Shown here piece by piece: positions 16,303 through 25,203 of a DNA stretch of 64,000 nt. The position numbers and the translations under genes are program-made. This stretch comes from a virus: IMG/VR virus record IMGVR_UViG_3300025132_000026, positions 11,116 to 75,115 of that record; one strand, written 5' to 3'. The notes under the pieces were generated by a model. It saw nothing but the letters and a program-made list of their open reading frames with translations, was not told the origin of the DNA and searched no databases. Numbering within the stretch: position 1 is the stretch's first letter; each line of letters opens with the position of its first letter.

Positions 16303-18270
16303 CTATATCTCACAAGTATCGTTTGTGCAGAATTTAGACCCAACACCACCTTCATCAAAATGAAATCTTTGAATAGGCTTGATATCTTTACTAATTTTAT
16401 CGTATTCTTTTTTGGTGATTGCCTCATAAGGTGCTTGCTCATATCCAGTCTCTTCGTACTTCAAAAAAGAAACAGCCTTAAGTCTAGATTCGTACATCTC
16501 TAAAGCTCCTTTTATTTGGCTAGCCTCTGAGGGTGTGAAAGATACTGTCACTGAGACTGAATTATCGGCCCAGTAGTGTTGGTACTGTGCTGCTATTTCC
16601 AGCTGCTCCCATAGAGATACATCTCTTTTGCTTTTTTCATAATGTGGTTCATGAACAGGAAATTCAACACAAACTGTATTTGGAGAATATTTGTCGTCTT
16701 CAATTTTGTACCCTGCCTTTTTCAAATCTGGCAATAATTTTGAAGTACTAGAAAACCTAATTCTCCTAATGTAATATTCACTCTCCGGAAAGTGAATTCC
16801 TGGAGTTGAGCCGTTCAGAAGAGAGACTGTTCCGGAAGGTTTGATAGACGTCATACGAACAGACTTAGGTATGCAAAGCCAGTTTGAGTACTCTTCGTCT
16901 AAGTGCTTAACGTGTTCATATGCCTTATCGCACATATCGTACAATGCTCTGCGACCAAACTTATTAAACGCCTGGACCACACCAGACTGCGAAAGGCCAA
17001 TCCTGCGATTCTTCAACATCTTTGCATTGGTCTCAGGCCAGTGAGTGTTGGAGAGCGTAATTGTTTTTCCGTAAAGATATGCAATCTTCAAAGTCTTAAG
17101 ATAGTCATCGATATCATCGTGTTTGGCTGGGTATGTCTCCACAAGACAGCAAAGCTCTGCGTCCTCTAATTGTTGTTCAACACAAGGATTAAAACCAGCT
17201 ACGTTGATATCATCGAATCTTTCTGGATCCTTGAATCTGCCTCTTGTTCTCGCATTATTAAGCCAAATATATCCAGGCTCCCCGTTTTTTTGTGACTGTT
17301 CTGCGTGCCACGTATAGTTCATTCCAACCTCTGCATTGAAAGAGTTGTTTGAGCCCCATCGATGATGGTATAGCTTTTCTTGATCGTTCTTCATTTCAAG
17401 ATATCTCATATCGTCATGACGACCCATAGCCAGCGCTGCTGACCGGCGGACATTTCCGGATACAACACAACGACCTATGAGGTTTTCCGTGTCGACAATA
17501 TCTACAGATGTGATCGCTTCTCCAACCTTGCTAGAGAACATCTCTGTGAGGTTTTTGTGTAGCTCGATCAAGGGTCCAGGTCCAGAAGAAGTGCCGCCGA
17601 ATCCTTTTATCTCCGCTCCTAACTCTCGGATGGCTGAGTAATCAAACTTCGGTACCTTACCGCCGAAGAAAAACCCATCCAACAGAGTGTGGACAGAATT
17701 AACCCACCCTTCCCGGGAATCATCAATAACAAGAACATCGCCGGTATATTCAGGTTCCTGAATCGTAACCGTGCCAGCACCTTCGGTGTCGAAACCAACG
17801 CCGACGCCGACCATCAGGGCATCCATCATCCAAGCAAACAAATATCCACCCTTGGAAGCCAGATCGCGTGTAGACCTGAAGGCACAATTAAAGAGGCCTG
17901 CGGCAGTGCGTTCTTCGATAAACTTTGTTCCCATCATCCACAATCCGCGGCCGGGAGGTGTCCACTTAAGATTGAACAATCGATCATAGGCATCCTTAGC
18001 GGTTTTTTGTGCCTTGTTGTCATTCCATTCCAAGCCAAGCTGAAAAACGTGCTGCTTCTGCATATTAAACATGCCTTCAACTACGCGCCGACAAGTTTGC
18101 CACCATTCCTCTGATCCTGTGGCGTCCGGATCGAACTCATTTAAGCGTCTTGCGTATGTTCTTTTAAAGGTAACATACCCTAAAGGACCCCAAGGTACCT
18201 GTGACGTTTTGTAAGGCTCCACAAAAGTGTCTGATAGCCTAAATCTGCGAATGTTCTCAATTGTTCTCAT
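16303..18270 (-). CDS. nrdJ: class II (B12-dependent) ribonucleoside-triphosphate reductase, monomeric type
   Basis: PPGRGLW, NCAF, GNVRRSA, NPCVEQ, TSIKPSGTVS, C-terminal CTNDTC. Confidence 0.93.
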   Translation of the reverse strand: MRTIENIRRFRLSDTFVEPYKTSQVPWGPLGYVTFKRTYARRLNEFDPDATGSEEWWQTCRRVVEGMFNMQKQHVFQLGLEWNDNKAQKTAKDAYDRLFNLKWTPPGRGLWMMGTKFIEERTAAGLFNCAFRSTRDLASKGGYLFAWMMDALMVGVGVGFDTEGAGTVTIQEPEYTGDVLVIDDSREGWVNSVHTLLDGFFFGGKVPKFDYSAIRELGAEIKGFGGTSSGPGPLIELHKNLTEMFSSKVGEAITSVDIVDTENLIGRCVVSGNVRRSAALAMGRHDDMRYLEMKNDQEKLYHHRWGSNNSFNAEVGMNYTWHAEQSQKNGEPGYIWLNNARTRGRFKDPERFDDINVAGFNPCVEQQLEDAELCCLVETYPAKHDDIDDYLKTLKIAYLYGKTITLSNTHWPETNAKMLKNRRIGLSQSGVVQAFNKFGRRALYDMCDKAYEHVKHLDEEYSNWLCIPKSVRMTSIKPSGTVSLLNGSTPGIHFPESEYYIRRIRFSSTSKLLPDLKKAGYKIEDDKYSPNTVCVEFPVHEPHYEKSKRDVSLWEQLEIAAQYQHYWADNSVSVTVSFTPSEASQIKGALEMYESRLKAVSFLKYEETGYEQAPYEAITKKEYDKISKDIKPIQRFHFDEGGVGSKFCTNDTCEI

Positions 18271-18275
18271 TTAAT

Positions 18276-19643
18276 TTATTTCCTTTTTCTAAATTTTTCA
18301 TATTTGTGTTGCAAAAGATCCTTTTGCATGCCAGTAGTTAAGGCCACCGGATTAATAGGAACCATCGCGCTGTTAACCACACGAGGCATAATTTTTATTT
18401 TAACGTTAGATGGATCCATAAAAATGTCGTACACCATTCCATCCGGCCCGTTACGATTTTTTGCAATAAAAATCTTACCTTGATTGTTCTGCTTATCTTC
18501 AACCGTTCTGGATACCGACATGATAAAGTCTGCTACAAAGCACTTGTTGAATGCTTCTGAAATTTGTTCCATAGTAATCACCTCAGCGTTTAAGCCGGAG
18601 CGATTGGTTTGTGACGCGGTCCAAACTGGGCATTGAAACTCAGTAGAGATTGCACGCATTTCTTCGTATATAGATTCCAATTCGTTTCTCTTTTCTTTTC
18701 TTACAACTATCGGCTTCAAAAGATCCCCATAGTCTATGATTATCATTCCCGGCTTGATGCCTCTCTTTAACAACTTGGTGAGGTGAGATTTAATAGTATT
18801 AGTTGTTGCAGATTTGGTGGGATACTCTTTTACAATCAGTTTGCCTTCGATTTCTTTAATCTCTTCAAATACTTCTTCTTTGAAATTAATAATATCAGAT
18901 AACGGATATCCTGTTAAGCAACTATCATATCGAGTAGCGATAATTGTGTCTTGAAGCTCCAGAGTGTAGTGGATAACTGTCTTTCCCTCTCTTAAGGCTT
19001 GGGCCCCAAGATGAACAAGAACCATACTTTTGCCAGCTCCAGTCGGTGCGACGACCACTCCAAGCTCACTTTTCCCGAGTCCACCATTGCAAATATGATC
19101 AATATCCTTCCAGCCCGTAGTCACAGGTAGTCTGTGTTTTGGTATAAATCTTTCTTCAAAATCTGCAAAATAATCGTACCCGAAGTTGTTGTCAGAGCCA
19201 AGCTTGAGAGAGTCATTTATAACTTTAGATATTTCATCAAATGAGCAGGTCTGGAGCAAATTAACAGACTTTAGCATTGCCTCTTTTAGGTTTTGCTTGC
19301 GACAAAAATCTAAGGACTGCTCTTTTATATATTCAACATCTGTTGGCTCTTTGGATGAGATCTTTGCAAAGAACTCTCTTACCTGCTTTTGGACAACTTC
19401 GTCCTCGTCATCCAGATCAGTTCTCAACATGGTGATAACTGCTTCGGCAGAAGGGTGAGTCCCGTAACGGTTTCGATACGACAGAACTTTATCAACAAAA
19501 ACACGAAGATATTCAAGCTCTAAAAAGCTGACATCGAGCACTTCAGTTATCTGATCAGCAAAGGGTCTGTCCTCATATATGAGTTGGATCAGACCCTCTT
19601 GAAAAGCTTTTCCATATCTAGCAAAACTAGCTTCGTTTGTCAA
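18276..19643 (-). CDS. replicative DnaB/gp41-like helicase
   Basis: Walker A APTGAGKS; IIIDYGD; TASQTNR; KNRNG. Confidence 0.92.
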   Translation of the reverse strand: MTNEASFARYGKAFQEGLIQLIYEDRPFADQITEVLDVSFLELEYLRVFVDKVLSYRNRYGTHPSAEAVITMLRTDLDDEDEVVQKQVREFFAKISSKEPTDVEYIKEQSLDFCRKQNLKEAMLKSVNLLQTCSFDEISKVINDSLKLGSDNNFGYDYFADFEERFIPKHRLPVTTGWKDIDHICNGGLGKSELGVVVAPTGAGKSMVLVHLGAQALREGKTVIHYTLELQDTIIATRYDSCLTGYPLSDIINFKEEVFEEIKEIEGKLIVKEYPTKSATTNTIKSHLTKLLKRGIKPGMIIIDYGDLLKPIVVRKEKRNELESIYEEMRAISTEFQCPVWTASQTNRSGLNAEVITMEQISEAFNKCFVADFIMSVSRTVEDKQNNQGKIFIAKNRNGPDGMVYDIFMDPSNVKIKIMPRVVNSAMVPINPVALTTGMQKDLLQHKYEKFRKRK

Positions 19644-19671
19644 TTTACACCCCTATTGTTCGCCCAGAATA

Positions 19672-19699
19672 ATTATAACATTACAGTCCAGAAAGTCAA
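19672..19699 (-). promoter_or_regulatory. sigma70-type promoter (extended -10)
   Basis: TTGACT, 16-bp spacer, TATAAT preceded by TGn, upstream of the helicase. Confidence 0.7.
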
Positions 19700-19704
19700 G
19701 CAAA

Positions 19705-20673
19705 TTAACACTCTGAATTTATTTTATTAAGGTGAAGTTCGAGGTCCTTCCAGTTTAATTCGCCAAAACCATCATCTCTCATTTTCTTAATAATTTCTAT
19801 CTTATTGAAATTGCACTCGAAGTTCTCAACAGCGTTTCTAACGAAATCTTTTGACTGTGGTGAAAGCATGGGAGAATATAATTGCATCATTTTGTAATTA
19901 TGTTCGATCGTCTCTTGACCTTCCAAGATATTATCGTGAAATTTTAGCTTTTTGTCGACATTCTCGCAATAGGTAATTACGTCATCAATCGTGTAATCCT
20001 TCTCAGCTGCAAGAAATCCGAGGCGGCGCTGGATTGTTTTAAATCCAACTGCCTTAATTCCCGGCAGATTATCTGAAGCATCTCCCACAAGAGCCCTGGC
20101 AAGAGCCATATTTCTGGGATGGACCCCCAGCTCTTCCACAATCTTCTTCTTGTTGTAAACTAAGTCGCTAGTCGGGCGATATACCACAGTCTCTTCGTCA
20201 CATAACTGATAGAAATCCTTATCATTAGAGACGATCACCTTTTGCCATCCATCGTAGTAGGGCATTCTAGTCAAATAGGAAATAACATCGTCCGCCTCCA
20301 CCTCTGGTAGCATTACCTGCACAATTGGCATTTCATTAAAATACTCAATTGCTCTACGTTGCTGCCATACGCGGTTTTGCATCTCTTCAATTTCAGTCAG
20401 TGCCTTAACGTTCCTATTGAGTCTGATTGGTTTGCGGCCCTCTTTATAGTTTTTATCCATAGTTCTGCGCTTGCGAGAACCATCCGGGCCGTCCCACACA
20501 ATTACAATCTCTTCTGGGGTTGTCATTCTAACCAACTTCTGGACAATCTTTAAAGAACCTTTGAAGCCTCCGATTGGTTCCCCGTTGGTTGATAAACTTG
20601 GGTCAACAATATATGCTCTTAGAAACATGTTAAGTGCATCAATAATCAAAACTCTCTTCATTCCTTCACTCAT
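19705..20673 (-). CDS. 5'-3' exonuclease / flap endonuclease (PolI N-domain, T4 RNase H-like)
   Basis: LIIDALN, YKEGR, EADDVI, SNDKDFYQL, GDASDNLPGI. Confidence 0.92.
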   Translation of the reverse strand: MSEGMKRVLIIDALNMFLRAYIVDPSLSTNGEPIGGFKGSLKIVQKLVRMTTPEEIVIVWDGPDGSRKRRTMDKNYKEGRKPIRLNRNVKALTEIEEMQNRVWQQRRAIEYFNEMPIVQVMLPEVEADDVISYLTRMPYYDGWQKVIVSNDKDFYQLCDEETVVYRPTSDLVYNKKKIVEELGVHPRNMALARALVGDASDNLPGIKAVGFKTIQRRLGFLAAEKDYTIDDVITYCENVDKKLKFHDNILEGQETIEHNYKMMQLYSPMLSPQSKDFVRNAVENFECNFNKIEIIKKMRDDGFGELNWKDLELHLNKINSEC

Positions 20674-20833
20674 CTATTTGTTCCTCCAATTTGCTAATTT
20701 GTTCCATAACATAGGCCAATCCACGCAAATTACCATTACGTTGATAAATCATTGCCTGTTCTTGTAGATTAGATATTTGTTTTGTAATCTTGTTTTGTTT
20801 TCTTTTACTAAAGAAGTCAGTTAAAAATTTCAT
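20666..20833 (-). CDS. 55-aa protein, DUF6435-like (not in the ORF track)
   Basis: Manual translation MKFLTDFFSKRKQNKITKQISNLQEQAMIYQRNGNLRGLAYVMEQISKLEEQIDE; overlaps the uvsE stop and the exonuclease start. Confidence 0.7.
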   Translation of the reverse strand: MKFLTDFFSKRKQNKITKQISNLQEQAMIYQRNGNLRGLAYVMEQISKLEEQIDE

Positions 20834-21765
20834 CCTGCCATCCTTCCTTTACTCATCACTTGTCTGTATTCCAGGAGAGCTTGTTCTTTGTGCTTGGCCT
20901 CGATCATTACATCTAAATCATGGCCATAGTCATTGAACGGGTTGCGAATCATATCCGAGTGTGCTTGCGGTTTGATTTTCGGATTGTTATGCTCAACAGA
21001 GCGAGACTCTGCATAGTGTACAACTGGCTTGATATCGCCCCACGTAGACAGTGCAAGTTCTAGAGCTTCTTGCTCAGTCTGACCACCGGGGTGGAGCATA
21101 TGGTGATGATAGTCGAACACGATAGGAATACCGATTCGCTTGTATACGCTCTCATACAGTTCAAGTGTTGAATATAAAGACTCTTTGTCATCATTCTCAA
21201 CGGTCAGGCGTGACCGTACATTTTCAGGCAAACGCTCAAAGTTGCGACAGAAGTTGTCAAGGGCGAACGGCTTATCGCCATAGGCAGCGCCAACATGAAT
21301 GTTTAGCTTTGCATACGGTGTACGAGGCAAGCCAATAAGATCAAACAAATCACCGTGCACAGACAAATCAGTCTTAGTGAGCTGAAAAACGCGCTCTTTC
21401 GGTGAAGCCAATTTGTTGAATGGGCCTGGGTGCGAGGTGAGGCGCATATTGTGTTGTCTTGCAAAATTACCAGCAGACAGGGCCGCGGCGTGTATAGCGC
21501 CGTAGTTTGGCATCTCAGTCAATTCGTACTCACTAGCCCACGGAATAATGTCGGACGACAGACGATAAAAATAAATGTCGTTCTCAAGATTCCACTCAAG
21601 AATAGTTCGCAAATCACGCAAATTCTGCAGTGCTAGCTCCGAAGCATACTCGATACCGCGGTCTTGGAACGTACGCTTGATCATCGTACGATTAGTTGTG
21701 ATGCGCTGCGATTTTGGCAGCGACGAGAAACCCATATTGATACAGGCATAACCATAATTACGCAT
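20830..21765 (-). CDS. uvsE: UV damage endonuclease
   Basis: GYACIN, YRLSS, HPG, NIHVG, LTVENDDK, FDYHHH, IEAKHKE. Confidence 0.95.
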   Translation of the reverse strand: MRNYGYACINMGFSSLPKSQRITTNRTMIKRTFQDRGIEYASELALQNLRDLRTILEWNLENDIYFYRLSSDIIPWASEYELTEMPNYGAIHAAALSAGNFARQHNMRLTSHPGPFNKLASPKERVFQLTKTDLSVHGDLFDLIGLPRTPYAKLNIHVGAAYGDKPFALDNFCRNFERLPENVRSRLTVENDDKESLYSTLELYESVYKRIGIPIVFDYHHHMLHPGGQTEQEALELALSTWGDIKPVVHYAESRSVEHNNPKIKPQAHSDMIRNPFNDYGHDLDVMIEAKHKEQALLEYRQVMSKGRMAG

Positions 21766-21791
21766 AAAGCCCTCCTACAAGCTTATACTTT

Positions 21792-21820
21792 ATTATAACC
21801 CCTCATCCAGGGGTTGTCAA
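21792..21820 (-). promoter_or_regulatory. consensus sigma70 promoter for uvsE
   Basis: Perfect TTGACA-17 bp-TATAAT. Confidence 0.85.
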
Positions 21821-21825
21821 GTGCT

Positions 21826-22941
21826 TTAATTGGGATCTGAATAGAATTGATCGGCAGAGCCCTCTCTTCGATCAAACTTCTGCACAACTTCCTCATCCAT
21901 CAATTCCAAGATATTTTTTCTAAATTCCTCGTCTGTTTGAACCATTTGCGTCCATTTAGACGGCTGAAACTTCTTCTCGTATCCGCTGGGCATCTTAAGT
22001 GTGTACCAAGCGCCGGCACTTGTAAGGCGATCCGAACTCTTCACGGCCTCAAACCATGACTCTTCATCACGAATGCCAATATCTTCAGTGCCCCACAAGA
22101 TTCGAAAAGCACAATTTCTTCCTTGTGTTCCAAATCTAGATTTTTCTAGCTTAACTTTAACTTCAGAACCGATCCGAAAACCCTTGTCGTCTTCGATAAA
22201 AGCAGACTTGGCTTTTCGCCCAGTCAGCCAAATTCGCAGAGAATAAGAGTAATGCATTGCTTTTCCGCCCGGGGTCATGTATGGAGTTGTCATTGCAACA
22301 ATACGTGCATTAGGGCCGCTTGGGATATTTGTCTTAAGCTGATTGAGAACTATGAATGTGGCCTTTTTATCTGCAATCGGAATCAGCAACTTAGACATTC
22401 CTTTTGCCAGAATGCGGGCTTTGACGGCCATTGTTGACTGAGGGTTGAAGTCTCCCTCGACATCCGATACGGACGGTGTAAGCGCCAATGAGTCCCAAAT
22501 AAAGAGAAGTTGCTCGTCGGTGGCTCCGAGAAGTTCTTCTACAGTCTCCAGTACAAACTCCACAGAGGATGCTTGAACGTACATTAAGCGTTCCAGGTCG
22601 CATCCTGCTCGCTCCAAAAAGGTTGGGTCAATAGCAGACTCGGAATCGAAGTAAACGACCATCTTGTCTGATTTCTGAGCGTTTGCTGCAATTTGCGCAG
22701 CCATATAAGATTTACCCGTACTTTCAAGACCAGCTAGCTCAGTTACCTTACCAACAGGAATACCTGCAACTTGTCCCTTGCAAATAATTGAATCTAGCCA
22801 GCGAGAGCCAGTTGATATCCACTCTTTAACCTCTGTAGGATTTTCACCAGTTAAATCATGTGCGACATTTCTGCCGGCTTTTTTGTTAACGATTTTCATC
22901 AGGTCTTGCATTGAAACACGACCCGGCTTAGCTTTTGCCAT
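21826..22941 (-). CDS. recA: RecA/UvsX recombinase
   Basis: ISTGS, ELAGLESTGKS, FDSE, IWDS, NQLK, TPGGKA. Likely start MAKAK at 22941 after AAAGGAGAG. Confidence 0.93.
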   Translation of the reverse strand: MAKAKPGRVSMQDLMKIVNKKAGRNVAHDLTGENPTEVKEWISTGSRWLDSIICKGQVAGIPVGKVTELAGLESTGKSYMAAQIAANAQKSDKMVVYFDSESAIDPTFLERAGCDLERLMYVQASSVEFVLETVEELLGATDEQLLFIWDSLALTPSVSDVEGDFNPQSTMAVKARILAKGMSKLLIPIADKKATFIVLNQLKTNIPSGPNARIVAMTTPYMTPGGKAMHYSYSLRIWLTGRKAKSAFIEDDKGFRIGSEVKVKLEKSRFGTQGRNCAFRILWGTEDIGIRDEESWFEAVKSSDRLTSAGAWYTLKMPSGYEKKFQPSKWTQMVQTDEEFRKNILELMDEEVVQKFDRREGSADQFYSDPN

Positions 22942-22965
22942 TGGCTCTCCTTTAAAATAAAAATA

Positions 22966-22995
22966 CAGCAGACTTTTTACCGGTCTGCCAGCGGC
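22966..22995 (-). ncRNA. putative cis-acting H-type pseudoknot, copy 1 (recA leader)
   Basis: GCCG C UGGCAGAC CGGU AAAAA GUCUGCUG. Confidence 0.65.
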
Positions 22996-23000
22996 TTTTT

Positions 23001-23111
23001 TCACTCTGCTGCTGTATCAGCAGAGCTAGCGGTGTCGGCCGCGGTGTCATCATCCTTATCCCCGCATCCCATCAATAGGGTAGCGGCAAGGACTGGTAGA
23101 ACGAGTCTCAT
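23001..23111 (-). CDS. 36-aa lipoprotein (not in the ORF track)
   Basis: MRLVLPVLAATLLMG-CGDKDDDTAADTASSADTAAE; AAGGAGAG RBS; lipobox LMGC. Confidence 0.8.
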   Translation of the reverse strand: MRLVLPVLAATLLMGCGDKDDDTAADTASSADTAAE

Positions 23112-23131
23112 TTTCTCTCTCCTTAAAATAG

Positions 23132-23161
23132 CGGCAGACTTTTGACCGGTCTGCCAGCGGC
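23132..23161 (-). ncRNA. putative cis-acting H-type pseudoknot, copy 2
   Basis: GCCG C UGGCAGAC CGGU CAAAA GUCUGCCG; 28/30 identical to copy 1. Confidence 0.65.
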
Positions 23162-23167
23162 TTTTTA

Positions 23168-23440
23168 CTACTCAGTTGTTTCAGTAGTGGTGGTGGTTGT
23201 GTCACCGGTTGTCGTAGTCGCCGTGCCGGTTGTTGTGGTAGTGGCGGTCGTTGTTTCCGCGGTTCCAGTGTTAGTGGTGGAAACTTCAACAGTTTCTGTC
23301 GCTTCAGTAGTCGTAGTAGATTCTGATACTACTTCTGGATCAACAGTACATGTACCATATGATGTTGCGATTACAAGCGCTCCGCCTGCCAAGGCAACCT
23401 TAACTTTCCAGCTAGCTAATAGTGTTTTCAACCATTCCAT
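23168..23440 (-). CDS. membrane-anchored Thr/Glu-rich small protein
   Basis: Hydrophobic N-terminal segment followed by a poly-Thr tail; AAGGAG RBS. Confidence 0.75.
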   Translation of the reverse strand: MEWLKTLLASWKVKVALAGGALVIATSYGTCTVDPEVVSESTTTTEATETVEVSTTNTGTAETTTATTTTTGTATTTTGDTTTTTTETTE

Positions 23441-23468
23441 AATTATATCTCCTTATTATAGAAAATTG

Positions 23469-23504
23469 CGGCGCCCGATATTAACGACCGGGGCGCCGAC
23501 GGTC
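23469..23504 (-). ncRNA. putative cis-acting H-type pseudoknot, copy 3 (downstream of ssb)
   Basis: GACCG U CGGCGCCC CGGUC GUUAAUAUC GGGCGCCG; different sequence, same pairing. Confidence 0.7.
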
Positions 23505-23520
23505 TCTTTACAAGTTTAAC

Positions 23521-24285
23521 CTAGTTTGCCATTAGTTCATCAAACGCTCGGTCCACGTCGCTTTTCTTATCGTATCGAGTGGTCTCACTTGAGCGTGATT
23601 CTGCGCTTCCATTGCCAGCCAATTGCTCATCTAGGATTGCGTCAACTTGCTCTGGAGTCAACCTCTCAAAGAGAGTATTGAATTCAGGGATACCATCAAG
23701 GAGGGCGGGGATGGCCTCTGAGTCCTCCAGAAGCGGCGAAGTGTTACGACGCATCTTTAAACTTGTCTGTGGGTAAGCCCCCGGTTTGGTGGGCTTAGTG
23801 TAAGTAAGTGTAATATCGGTGCCCTCTTGCACATCTGTGACATCACCGTACTCGGGGTCAAGAATATAGCCCAAAAGAAGCTCATAAGCTGTCTTTCCGT
23901 AACCGTATATCTTGGCTCCTTCGTCTTCTCTTCCTCTCACAACAACTGGTGAGAAGAAACGGGTTCGAACAAACAATGATTTTGCAAGTTTCTTGCTTTC
24001 TTCATCGTTTTGATCGACGCCTTCGCGCCAAAGCTGCGAGGCGAAATCACAAATTCCGCAGCGTTCTCCAAAGTTGCGCTTAGGACAAAGAATTCCGCCC
24101 TTATGATCGCCAACATTATAGTGGAAGAACATCTCCTTCAATGGGTCACCATCATTTGTTGGTACGATACGAATATCTGTATCGCCCTCATCGGGTTTAA
24201 ACCAGACCGAAGCCTGCCCGGAGTCCCGATTTTCTCCGCGTAGTGTAGCGAGCTTTCGTCGCATAAGTTCCATGTCAATTGCCAT
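23521..24285 (-). CDS. single-stranded DNA-binding protein (gp32-like)
   Basis: WFKP..G...IRIVP; Zn ligands H...CPK...CGIC; DYGDVTD-like EYGDVTDVQEGTDI; acidic tail DRAFDELM. Confidence 0.85.
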   Translation of the reverse strand: MAIDMELMRRKLATLRGENRDSGQASVWFKPDEGDTDIRIVPTNDGDPLKEMFFHYNVGDHKGGILCPKRNFGERCGICDFASQLWREGVDQNDEESKKLAKSLFVRTRFFSPVVVRGREDEGAKIYGYGKTAYELLLGYILDPEYGDVTDVQEGTDITLTYTKPTKPGAYPQTSLKMRRNTSPLLEDSEAIPALLDGIPEFNTLFERLTPEQVDAILDEQLAGNGSAESRSSETTRYDKKSDVDRAFDELMAN

Positions 24286-24336
24286 TTTATTTCTCCTTGT
24301 TTTTGGCTAAAGTATACCAAGCGTTCCTTGGTATCT

Positions 24337-24365
24337 AATGTATCACCCTTGATCTATCTTGTCAA
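24337..24365 (-). promoter_or_regulatory. sigma70-type promoter for ssb
   Basis: TTGACA-17 bp-TACATT, followed by the leader hairpin ATACCAAG-GAACG-CTTGGTAT. Confidence 0.65.
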
Positions 24366-25203
24366 GGTTATTTTGTTGTATCGCGTTTGTGTGGGCCACG
24401 ACATACCCAAAGTCTTGATGTGGTGTTTCGTATATTGCATAAGATATCTTACGAAATGCATTCGTATTCTTCTTTTTTAGCATGTCTACTAAACGCCTGT
24501 GTAATGTGCCTTCCTCTTTTAATCTTTCTTCATTTATACACATATAATAACATAACTCTCGATCGATGTCAAGCTCGAAAAACCAATTTTCTTCAAGATT
24601 CTTTAAGTTGAGTGCGCCGAGAGTTCTGATTCTGCTTACTTCCGAAGGCTTTGAAACTTGGCCAATTTCAGGCTCGGTATGAGTAAAATAATTTAAATAA
24701 TGCACCGCAGAAAAGATTGCATTATTGATGGTGTCGTAATAATTTTTAATTGGCACGTTTCCTAGTGTTTTTTCAATCTCTTGGTTTGAAAATATTGTTA
24801 TTGATTCAAATAGACCAGACCTGGCATATTGCTGTAGTATGCCGAACGCTGCAGCTTCCAGCATTCTTGGTAAGCCAGTTAACAACTCTGTGTCGGGCTT
24901 GACATAGAAAATTTCAATTTTCTTTTCTTTTATTTGCTCCAATATACCAAGAGCATAATTTGAACTGTAAGATGAGCCCACTATAAAGACCTGTACATGT
25001 TCTCTTAAGTCTTCAAAAAACTTCTTAACGTCTGGAATATTTTTTTCGTATTCCTCCGGCTCTGAATGCTTCTTTAGTTTGAATTTATACTTCGACTTTC
25101 TCTCTATATTGTCGTTCATCAGGTAAACTTCATACTGCGATACCTCAGAAAACTTTTCGGCGATTGCAGAGGCGCCATTTCCAATCCCAACTATCGATAT
25201 CAT
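24343..25203 (-). CDS. degenerate tubulin/FtsZ-like protein
   Basis: N-terminal IVGIGNGASAIAE matches the T1 loop; the signature GGGTGSG position reads GSSYSSN; later IFSN.. and YYDTINNAI resemble the FtsZ fold. Confidence 0.5.
   Translation of the reverse strand: MISIVGIGNGASAIAEKFSEVSQYEVYLMNDNIERKSKYKFKLKKHSEPEEYEKNIPDVKKFFEDLREHVQVFIVGSSYSSNYALGILEQIKEKKIEIFYVKPDTELLTGLPRMLEAAAFGILQQYARSGLFESITIFSNQEIEKTLGNVPIKNYYDTINNAIFSAVHYLNYFTHTEPEIGQVSKPSEVSRIRTLGALNLKNLEENWFFELDIDRELCYYMCINEERLKEEGTLHRRLVDMLKKKNTNAFRKISYAIYETPHQDFGYVVAHTNAIQQNNLDKIDQG

Noticed and set aside
4592-16605. Avoidance of the PvuII site CAGCTG as support for nuclease specificity
   Set aside because: CAGCTG occurs (e.g. 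4592-4597, 16600-16605), so no avoidance is evident and specificity cannot be inferred without k-mer counts.
7368-19643. Inteins or introns in dnaE, nrdJ or the helicase
   Set aside because: Lengths are normal and no C...HN-C/S/T junctions or LAGLIDADG motifs were seen.
22966-23161. 30-bp direct repeats read as a mini CRISPR array
   Set aside because: Only two near-identical copies, separated by 136 nt that encode a gene; no cas genes.
22942-23170. Stop-codon readthrough or -1 frameshifting stimulated by the pseudoknots (RecA frame open up to 23004)
   Set aside because: The Thr-rich gene ends in a double stop (TAG TAA), lipopeptide readthrough meets TAA within 8 codons, no slippery heptamer is in frame, and recA has its own strong RBS.
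24343-25203. Nucleus-forming jumbo phage (PhuZ/chimallin)
   Set aside because: The structural module is T4-like, no chimallin or multisubunit RNAP genes are visible, and the tubulin signature is degenerate.
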